NCBI RefSeq assembly: GCF_006345805.1
Contig: NW_021836354.1
Span: forward strand, 1 to 24,665
Direction: 5' to 3'
Source: Octopus sinensis
Taxonomy: Eukaryota
Length of the DNA: 24,665 nucleotides
The notes under the pieces were generated by a model. The model was given only the letters and a program-made list of their open reading frames with translations, made no database searches and was not told the DNA's origin. Positions 1 to 8,557 of this stretch are shown one piece after another. Position 1 is the stretch's first letter. Each line of letters opens with the position of its first letter. The translations under genes were made by a program, and so were the position numbers.

Positions 1-147
1 CACTCCTCTCTCTTACTCTCTTTCTGTCTCTCTTTCACTATCTCTCGCGCTCTCTTACTCTCTTTCTCTCTCGCTTTCTCTATCTGTCTCTCTTACTCTC
101 TTTCTCTCTCTCTTTCTCTATCTCTCTCTCTCTCTCACACACACACT
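1..147. repeat. (CT)n/(CA)n compound microsatellite
   Basis: Directly visible low-complexity tract. Confidence 0.9.
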
Positions 148-379
148 CCATTTCATATACACGTACATCTTTCATTTTCTGCTCTCACTTTAAGCAAATA
201 TTGCCTTTTCACTTTCTCTTCTCTTTCAATTTCTGCTCTCTTCAAAGCATAAAGAAATGTTAAAATTTTTACAGAAATTAACGAACAATCATATGATTCC
301 ACATGATCGAATTGACAACTTTGTTTCTTCAAACGAAAGAATGCTATAAGACAACTTACTTTTCACACACACACACATA

Positions 380-410
<31 letters not shown>

Positions 411-1548
411 GCACTCTAGGTAAAACTTCTGTACGAATTGTTATTTCTTGCTGTGTGCATGCGCAAATTTACGGCTCAAATCCAATTGAAGTGACCATTT
501 TCTATTGTGTAATTTGTGTTTATGATGAGCGTATTTAAAAACTGATTTCCGATATAAACTTTAAAGGAAGTTTTCCCCAAAATCTTGTCCTTTACCTCTT
601 CTTTCTAGCATGTCCGAGACGACATTTGTGCCCCCGACCCCTTATTTTTTTCCTAAATTTCTTCCGATTCCTATCTTTGCGATACTGGAGATTTGGTTTT
701 CACCCACAAAACACGTTCTCAATATTTTAATTTTCTCCCTCTTCCATACCAAATTCATTTTTTACTTTAAAATTATTATTCTTGATAATCCATGGAGAAA
801 AAAGCAGAGCTACGAATCTTTAAGAATTTTACCCATCACCTCCTCACTTTCAAAAAGATACAAACTCCCAATGTTTCAATTTCAGCTTTTTGGAAAGCGG
901 GGAAGATTCTTCAGAAATAATGTCGTTTGCTTGTTGTTTCTAGCATGACAGGTTTTCTGGTGGTGGTCTGGTATTTTTTTACGTCTGCTATTTCAGTAGA
1001 ATTTTACGCATGCATGAAACAGTAGACGAAAGTGAAAGATTGGGAGATTTTAGCTTTTTGAAAGCGAGTAGGTGATGGATGAGCGAGCTGGGGAAAGGGG
1101 CATTGAGTGTTTCTTTAAGAAAGATTAAACTATAATATATATATATATGTATATATATGTATGTATATATATTTCCCAGATTCATAATCTCTGTATTTTT
1201 TTACGTGGATAACAACAAAAAAAAATTTGGAAAAAAGTTACAAATTAAGAAATTGCGGTGGGGATGGGAGGACATTAAAACTTTGAAAACGTGATTTCTG
1301 GACAAAATCGCATTAACCCTTTTTTATACGATGAAACAATACAGTTTCTGATCCTTCTTGAGAACAGAAGGCACTTGCATGCAAACCCATGAAAATTGCA
1401 CCTTTCCCCTTCACTTTTAACCAAACAATAATTTCCATTATGCCATTAACTACATATCAGTGACGCCGATTCTGCCCATAAGATAAGAGCAAATAATGCA
1501 ATGTGCTCGTAGGTCATAACACCCGGGCGATACGGGGATGCATTGCCA

Positions 1549-1594
<46 letters not shown>

Positions 1595-1623
1595 AGTAAG
1601 CAACAAGAATATCTTCGGTATTT

Positions 1624-1705
1624 TGGTACGATCGTTTCACGCTACATCATTCTATTAAACATTGTAAGTATTACATCAGTTTAAATGTTGAGCAATCATC
1701 AGCCA
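1624..1705 (-). ncRNA. Type I hammerhead ribozyme, long stem II (inverted copy)
   Basis: Minus strand reads UGG-CUGAUGA-[~57-nt stem II]-GAAA-CGAUCG-UA-CCA. Confidence 0.75.
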
Positions 1706-1736
1706 TTCATATGTACTGATGGAAAACCTCTATGAA

Positions 1737-1819
1737 TGGCTGATGATTGCCCAACATTTTAAACTGATGTAATACTTACAATGTTTAATAAAATGATGTA
1801 GCGTGAAACGATCGTACCA
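1737..1819 (+). ncRNA. Type I hammerhead ribozyme, long stem II
   Basis: Stem I UGG/CCA; core CUGAUGA at 1740-1746; extended stem II; GAAA at 1805-1808; palindromic stem III ACGAUCGU; GUA cleavage triplet ending at 1816. Confidence 0.75.
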
Positions 1820-1949
1820 AAATACCGAAGATATTCTTGTTGCTTACTTTGATTATAATCACCCCATGGATTTATATGGATAACAGCGTACAAAATTCGG
1901 GTGCATCTGACTTAAGTACCATATTCATTTGAATCTCTATATATATGTG

Positions 1950-1996
<47 letters not shown>

Positions 1997-2013
1997 AGTG
2001 TGTGTGTGTGTGT

Positions 2014-2307
2014 GGAGGCGCAATGGCCCAGTGTTTAGGGCAGCAGACTCGCAGTCGTAGGATCGTGGTTTCGATTCCCAGACCGGGCGTTGTGTGTGTT
2101 TATTGAGCGAAAACACCTAAAAAGCTCCACGAGGCTCCGGCAGGGGTGGTGATCCCTGCTGTACTCTTTCACCACTCTTTCTCTCACTCTTCTGTTGGCC
2201 TGCCGCTTAGCCAGCGGGGTGGCGTCATTCGAAGGCTAAAAAACAATGCGAACGCATTGTGACCAGCGATGTGTAACAACATCTGATGGTCTGGTCGGTC
2301 ACGTGAT

Positions 2308-2315
<8 letters not shown>
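2014..2315 (+). mobile_element. tRNA-derived SINE inserted in a (TG)n/(TA)n tract
   Basis: A-box-like TGGCCCAGTG and B-box-like GGTTTCGATTCC; ~300-bp body; ends in a CACGTGAT dimer. Confidence 0.8.
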
Positions 2316-2347
<32 letters not shown>

Positions 2348-2350
<3 letters not shown>

Positions 2351-2390
2351 TTCAAATGAATATGGTACTTAAGTCAGATGCACCCGAATT
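2348..2390 (-). repeat. Perfect 43-bp inverted copy of 1894-1936 (element tail end)
   Basis: Exact reverse complement by eye. Confidence 0.9.
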
Positions 2391-3240
2391 ATATGCATGT
2401 ATGTGTGTGTGCGTGTGTAATGATATGTAAAGGTAAGATCCAAAGATCCAGATGTGGGAAGTGAATAAGTTCCAAGGTGTCTTGGTCCTGATGCGTAGCT
2501 GGTGGAATGCCGCTCGTTGATTAATTACTACTTCCGAGATTCTTTTAGCTAAAAAACATAATTCTGAATAAAATGCGTAGGGCATAACACGCTTCGAAAT
2601 TTGCATGGTTTTGTTTCAACAAGTTTTCGTTTGGATTGAATTTATTTATTCATTTGTGTTGATCATTTTCTTTTCAGTTTTTCATTTTCCTTTTCTTTTC
2701 TTTTATTTAATATCTTTGATAATATGATAGGCCACATTCTAAACTAATGTTCAATTTAGTGGTAAGAAATTCTCAACAGAGCTAAACAGCAGAATATCTT
2801 TACAGAAGAAACTCCTCCTCAGGTAAGTGTTTCGGTCCTTAACTTCAATTTCCTTTCATTTAATTCTATCTGACGTTTTTGGTGATACGCTAGACCACAT
2901 TCTAAGGCTCAAGTTGAAATTATTTCATATTTCGTTAAATATTTTCAAAATTGAATAACAGATTTCAAGTATCAAGGAAGTTGATTTTCTGGAAATGAAA
3001 TTCAATATTTTAACTCAACTTCAAAATGGTTCAGCAGAAACTAGGAAGCAGTATAATACAAACGAAGCAAATGTCGGTATATTTGAAAGATACTAAATAA
3101 AAATATTCAGAATCGGTTTCATCGCCGGATTTTCATTAACTTTTTAAAAACACACATCATACACGCGTAGTAACAATTTGGAAACAATGGAAAATGCTCT
3201 ATATTAGAAAATATAAAACGCAATATCGTGAAAGTACTCT

Positions 3241-3324
<84 letters not shown>

Positions 3325-3337
3325 TGTGTGTGTGTGA
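3241..3337. repeat. (TG)n microsatellite
   Basis: Directly visible. Confidence 0.95.
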
Positions 3338-3512
3338 GCTTATAGGGATATACTATCAGGGAGGCTACCGTGGTGGCTCTCAGTTATGTTCAGGTTATGT
3401 TTAAACGCAAAGATTAATATTTAACGTTTATGACTAATGTCAGTTGTCATTCACACTGTAAATTCCTCGGATGGGTAATTCCGTGGGTGATTCCACAAAT
3501 GGATAGACCATG

Positions 3513-3620
3513 AAGAAGCTGCATGTGCACTGCCCGTCAACTGTGCAATGAAATAATATGTTGTATAAAATTGTAAAATAAGAGGAAATAAATTTTGAGG
3601 ATGAACAAGTTTCCATGTTT
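3513..3620 (-). repeat. ~105-bp inverted copy of 5360-5467
   Basis: Reverse complement aligns with scattered substitutions. The ORF track shows the same pseudo-peptide in both (KHGNLFILKIYF / KHGDLFILKIYF). Confidence 0.9.
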
Positions 3621-3646
3621 TATATCGTTATAATTATTGCTAGTAT

Positions 3647-3783
3647 AGGTGCAGGAGTGGCTGCATCGTAAGAAACTTGCTTCCCAACCACATGGTTCCA
3701 GGTTCAGTCCCACTATGTGGCACCTTGGGCAAATGACTTTTACTATAGCCTTGGGCCGGAAGCTGAAAAAAGACCGTCGTATA
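3647..3783 (+). mobile_element. tRNA-derived SINE family A, 5' part
   Basis: Matches the head of 10574-10986 (GGTTCAGTCCCACT..GGCACCTTGGGCAA). Confidence 0.8.
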
Positions 3784-3796
3784 AAGGATATATGTA

Positions 3797-4040
3797 TTTG
3801 CATTGAGACCCCTTCGCATCGAAGACCGGTGATTGTTGTGCCTTGACGACGGGAAAAATACACAGAAACCCGGATCCGTGCGTATCACGTCAGGTCGATG
3901 ATGGGAAGGATGGCTTCCCTTTGCAAATACTGATAGGACACAGAAAGTGTGTCAATAGCCAGCTGGAGAAGATGTTCTCCTGGGGCTACAAGCTACAGTA
4001 GCATCCACCCTTAGGGGTTAGCCACATTAAGTGGCAAATA
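3797..4040 (-). mobile_element. Probable RTE-tailed non-autonomous retroelement fragment
   Basis: Minus-strand 3' end GGTCTTCGATGCGAAGGGGTCTC resembles the stem-loop tails of other RTE-type ends in this window. Confidence 0.4.
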
Positions 4041-4053
4041 TACTTCACATTTA

Positions 4054-4123
4054 TTATATATATATATATATAAATATATATGTGTGTGTGTGTGTGTGGT
4101 ATTATGTATGTATGTATATATAT

Positions 4124-4218
<95 letters not shown>

Positions 4219-4232
4219 TATATATATATTAG

Positions 4233-4263
<31 letters not shown>
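4054..4263. repeat. (TA)n/(TG)n microsatellite
   Basis: Directly visible. Confidence 0.95.
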
Positions 4264-4266
<3 letters not shown>

Positions 4267-5467
4267 GTACGGTCGTTGTTCGTAGCGTCTGCCTGGACGG
4301 GTGGCTCGTCCACGAAAGTCGTAGGTCCCGCAATTGTACGTAGACCCACACCTCGCTCGTGGTGGACGGGTGTTAATGTGTGGGCATGCGGCGATCCATT
4401 TCCAATGGCCCAACACCGCACCACACCAATTATAGCCGCACCCGGGGATGGTTAGATGAATCCGGCAAGCGCGCACCCTCCGGTGCAAGGTGGAACCGCC
4501 CACTTGAAAATACCGGGGTTTAGGTGAGGTTATGATCCGTGCATCGAGGGATTTGCAGCCGATCCCGCAGGCGGATGGATTCACCCCCTGGACGCGTGGC
4601 TTCGTCCCCTTAAAGTCGGGGCCCTGCTTGATCCCTCGCTCGGTCGCTCGAGGACTTGCAGAAAATCGGCGATGGCGCTGCCCACTATAATAACCAGAGC
4701 ATCCCGATGAGCGCGTAGATTCGGGGTGAGTGGGACCGACCACTATAATACACCGGCGTCCTGGGTTAGATGACCCCTCCGCTGCGGACACGCTCTTAGT
4801 CCGTTTCGGTAGGGAAGCTCCACTCCTTGACGGATGGCGCCGTCCACCTTAATACACCGGCACCCCGGGATCCCCTTCGCCTTATGAGAAAGGTTGCTGG
4901 GCGTTGGACCAGATTCTGGGGAGGTGGCTGCGGTCACCAAATCTAGGGGTCCTGATGCGCGGCCAATTTGCCCTCGTCCGTCATTGAGGTCCCCTGCGGC
5001 GCTTGAGTGGGGTCTGCCTCGAAAGCGGCCTGCACACGGGAGTGGCCTGCATCAAGAGAGAGCTTCCGAGTTCGACCGACCCCTCTTGTGTGCCTCATCT
5101 CCTGCACTAGGTTGTCCTGGCGATCGGACATCCTAGAACGCGTGCAAAGGAGGGGGGGCTTGCTAATTGGCGATGGCTAACCTCTCAAGGCGCGATGGCA
5201 CCGTCCACGGTAAAAAACGAGACCGGCGCTGACTATTCGTGTGCGCCTTAGACTCGGCTTTGGTGTAGCAAGACAACCACCGGAAGGACAGCGTGCGCGT
5301 CGATATCGGATGAAGTACGCGTGGGACCGCCCACGTTAAATCAACAGGGAAAGATTGCGAAACATGGAGACTTGTTCATCCTCAAAATTTATTTCCTCTC
5401 ATTTTACAATTTTATGCAACATATTATTCCATTGCACAGATTACGGGCAGTGCACATGCAACTTATT
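4264..5467. other. Unassigned GC/CpG-rich ~1.1-kb segment ending in a degenerate hammerhead-like motif and AT-rich tail; probable mobile element
   Basis: Abrupt composition shift after (TA)n; many hairpins; five copies of a degenerate motif; tail duplicated in inverted orientation at 3513-3620. Confidence 0.5.
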
Positions 5468-5505
5468 ATTTATGTCAGGTCACTTTCGAGTGCTACTGGT
5501 AACAT

Positions 5506-6005
5506 GTAACCCAGTACAACCTGTTGCATGGTCGGGTCGTCGGCGACTAAACCGGCAACCCCACCAAGCTTTCTTGGTGAGGAGGGTCTTTATTGGACAC
5601 CCTGCGGGGTGAAAAACAAAACCCGTCAAAGGGCGGAAGAACTCTTGAGAGTCAACGGCCATCCAATAAATGCCTTAAGGATGTATCATGTAGGGGAGGG
5701 ATATAGAAATAATCGGACTGAATACCCGACTGCGGGGTTAAACCATTGGGAGTGAAGGACTCCTAGCCTTTGTTAGGGAATCCTTCTAGGAGAAGGTAAC
5801 TCAGGTAACTGGGATAACTCCGACATAAAACCTGCAGCTCAGTGGTTACCGATGATGTTGACTTGCTCTTCTTTTCGGATTATGGCTGCTGTTGCACAGC
5901 CTTTCCTCACTTAAAAAGAAATCTTCTTGCACAGGCATTGCACGATAACAACATTGATTAAGCTTCGTGCAATGGCCATACTCGATAACGAGGGGGCAGC
6001 CACCA
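5506..6005 (+). mobile_element. Non-autonomous RTE-type element (structured 5' region plus RTE-like 3' tail)
   Basis: 5' 160 nt is homologous to 14346-14491 (minus). 3' end CAATGGCCATACTCGATAACGAGGGGGCAGCCACCA parallels the tails at 13909 and 14832. Confidence 0.6.
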
Positions 6006-6039
6006 TATATGTGAGTGTGTGTGTGTGTGTGTGTATATA

Positions 6040-6540
6040 GTATTAATAAAATAGATGGTGTGCGTAATAGATTTTATTGGGTACAACACATGTTTCGACC
6101 CGTTCTGGGCCTCTTCGGGAACATTAGTAATAAGTCTCTCTAGAGATTTCTTGAGTCGGCTAACGTACCGCTATATGTCCAGCAAATTCGAGAATGAACA
6201 AAAACAGAGAAAAATTATTGAAACGCAAAAAATTCAAATATGAACGTGGAAAGTATACATTCCAGTTTAGAGAAAATGATGTGATGAGCCTTTGCTGTTG
6301 TAACTGTTCAGAGAAAGAAAAGGAAGTAGAAGTTGAAAGGAATATAATAAGTATTATCGAAACATGTGTTGTACCCAATAAAATAATAAAATCGATTACA
6401 CATTCCATCTATTTTACTAATAATGTTACCCCAACCGCCACTACGAAGTTCCTGCAATAAATCTACGGATAACAACAGGGAATCGAAACGGTGCCGGTGC
6501 TTAACTCATCATCCATTTATACATTTTCCATCATTTCTCT
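6040..6540. mobile_element. Fold-back Penelope-like remnant with degenerate hammerhead
   Basis: Inverted arms 6040-6098 / 6357-6424. Minus strand reads CCGAAGA-GGCCC-agaac-GGGTC-GAAA-CATGT at ~6087-6118. Microsatellites on both sides. Confidence 0.6.
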
Positions 6541-6542
6541 AT

Positions 6543-6575
<33 letters not shown>

Positions 6576-6600
6576 CACACACACACACACACATACATAA

Positions 6601-6640
<40 letters not shown>

Positions 6641-6641
<1 letters not shown>

Positions 6642-7894
6642 AGGATCTTGCAGGTAAATTGAGACAATTTTTACAATGCATAAAACTGCTTATAAATACT
6701 AAAATAATGGTAGTAGGAAGATATAATTTTAAAGTAACATTTATTGCAACTAAAACATCTATTACGCAATATGGCCGCCCTTTTGGGTAATTACTGCCTC
6801 CACACGAGAATGAAATTTTTTTGCAGCTGCCACAACCTCCGCGTTTTTGATTTTGCGCGTCGCACGGACGATGCAGGTCTTCAAACTGTTGAGGTTTGAG
6901 TGTGGTGAAGCATTGGTCCTTGCTTTAAGTACACCCCATAAAAAGTAATCGAGAAGGTTGAGATGTGGGCTATTACTGGGCCAGATGTTGGCCCTCACAA
7001 AAAATGATACCTTCTCACCAAAGGAAGGCCTATGTTGCTTTTAACCCATAGCGTGGTGTAGAATCTTAAATAAGCACCACATTGTCAAGCCCAAACTTCA
7101 GCTCCATCCAAGGTAACAGAGAGTTCTTCAGGATGTCCAGATACTCCTTTGCACAAGATTTAATGAAGTGTGAATCCATGACACTTCCATCACTCGCCAC
7201 GGCTTCAAATGCCATCACAGAGGCAGGATTCTTAGTCTCAAACACAGTGGAGACGTCAAAAGAATTGTATACAATCACTCGAGAATCTCTCCAATTCACC
7301 TTAGCGTCCACAAACACGAGACTTTTTCTTGCACCTTGATGCTTCATGAATGACAGAAACTTTGGGCATCTCTCGGCTCTGATTGCTTTGGCTTTGGCTG
7401 TTAGGAGGTGACCGCATCGTGGAACATAGCTAGTCATGCCCAGGCTCCAGTTCACGGCTCTGGACACCGTGAAAAGGAACACGTTGCGTTTCTTTGCACG
7501 AGTTGTCGTGGAGGTAGATGGGTTGGCTTCAATCGAGCGTTTGAGACGGCGTGAAACTTTGGATTGCGTTTCGAATCACTTCGAGTCTTTTGTTCTTACC
7601 TGTCAACCTTTCCCTCTTCTTTAAATCGTTTATAGACATAATAAACTGTTGCTTTTGACAGTTTCGTCAACTAAAGAATTCTATTGGCAGTGTGCCCGGC
7701 GCACACCAAAACAATAATGGCGGAACGATTATGTTGTTCCATGTCTTTCTGTTGTTGAATCAGTTCACTATTTACCTGAGAAATAAAGAGGAAGATTAGG
7801 TTTTCAAGGCAAGAAAGGTTTTGTCAAAAACTAAAATGCTAAACCTAGTAAGTCAACTGCTTAAAACTGGTCTCAATTAATCTGCAAGACCCTG
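6641..7894 (-). mobile_element. Full-length decayed Tc1/mariner transposon, DD37D (maT-like)
   Basis: ~31-bp imperfect TIRs (6641-6671, 7863-7894), TA at the right flank, sits in (TA)n, encloses a transposase remnant. Confidence 0.9.
6762..7742 (-). pseudogene. DD37D transposase pseudogene
   Basis: ATG at 7742 (MEQHNRSAII...). Motifs LVFVD, KNPASVM, *DSTPRY, WPSNSPHLNLLDYFLWG and GGHI. 37 residues lie between the 2nd and 3rd Asp after correcting one frameshift. Contains stops and frameshifts. Confidence 0.85.
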
Positions 7895-7942
7895 TATGTG
7901 TGTGTGTGTATATATATATATATAATAAAATAAATAAATGAA

Positions 7943-8187
7943 GCCTTTTTTTTAAAGCCTAGCCAGGCTCATGGGCCCGGGTTCCCGGTTTCTATGGCGT
8001 ATGTGTTCCCCAGCTGTACGGGACGCCAATCCATCGCAGCATTACTTATTTTTGCCGGCTGAGTGGACTGGAATAACGTGAAATGAAGTGTTTTGCTCAA
8101 GATCACAACGCGTCGTCCGTTCCAGGAATCGAAACCACAATCTTACGATCATGGTGCTGACACCCTAACCACTAAGCTACGCGCCTC
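7943..8187 (-). mobile_element. tRNA-derived SINE (head similar to 2014-2315, different body)
   Basis: Minus strand: GAGGCGCGTAGCTTAGTGGTTAGGG..GGTTTCGATTCC; central TTGAGCAAAACACTT; A-rich end. Confidence 0.8.
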
Positions 8188-8189
8188 GA

Positions 8190-8355
8190 CATGTATATAT
8201 ATACATATATATGTGTGTACGTATGTATGTATATATACGTTTGTATGTATATATACGTATGTATGTATGTATGTATGTATGTATGTATGTATGTATGTAT
8301 GTATGTATGTATGTATGTATGTATGTATGTATGTATGTATGTATATATGCATGTA
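8190..8355. repeat. (TATG)n microsatellite
   Basis: Directly visible. Confidence 0.95.
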
Positions 8356-8359
8356 TTTG

Positions 8360-8540
8360 CGTGTGTTTGTGTCTGCTTGTCTCCCTACCATCGCTTGACA
8401 ACAGAGGAGACCTGTAGAATAAGTACTAGGCTTACAAAGAATAAGTCCTCAGATCGATCTGTTCGACTAAAACCCGTTGAGGTGGTGCTCCATCACGGCC
8501 GCAGTCTAATGACTGTAACAAGTAACAGAGTAACAGACTA
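8360..8540 (+). mobile_element. SINE family A, 3' half
   Basis: TAGAATAAGTACTAGGCTTACAAAGAATAAGTCC..GGTGGTGCTCCA matches 10870-10985. Confidence 0.75.
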
Positions 8541-8557
8541 AATATATACATATATGA

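Larger units (their letters stand above)
1591..1936. mobile_element. Fold-back non-autonomous Penelope-like (pLTR-type) element with two inverted hammerhead copies
   Basis: Near-perfect ~121-bp inverted arms (1591-1711 / 1731-1852) with a 19-nt spacer and a unique tail to 1936. Flanked by (TA)n. Each arm contains an HHR. Confidence 0.75.

Noticed and set aside
610-948. 112-aa ORF
   Set aside because: Low-complexity, T-rich composition with no motif or splice support.
1314-1330. piggyBac-like TTAACCCT end
   Set aside because: No partner TIR found.
1712-1736. Third hammerhead core (CTGATGG..GAA) in the palindrome spacer
   Set aside because: Core mismatched and no stems.
2014-2090. tRNA gene (also 8115-8187)
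   Set aside because: A/B boxes are present but there is no proper acceptor stem, and the sequence continues into a SINE body.
8093-8541. Long ORFs such as MYVCMYVC.. / HTYIHT.. (also 11023-11596, 11964-12500, 13484-14055, 16112-16787, 24193-24598)
   Set aside because: Translations of stop-free microsatellites, not genes.
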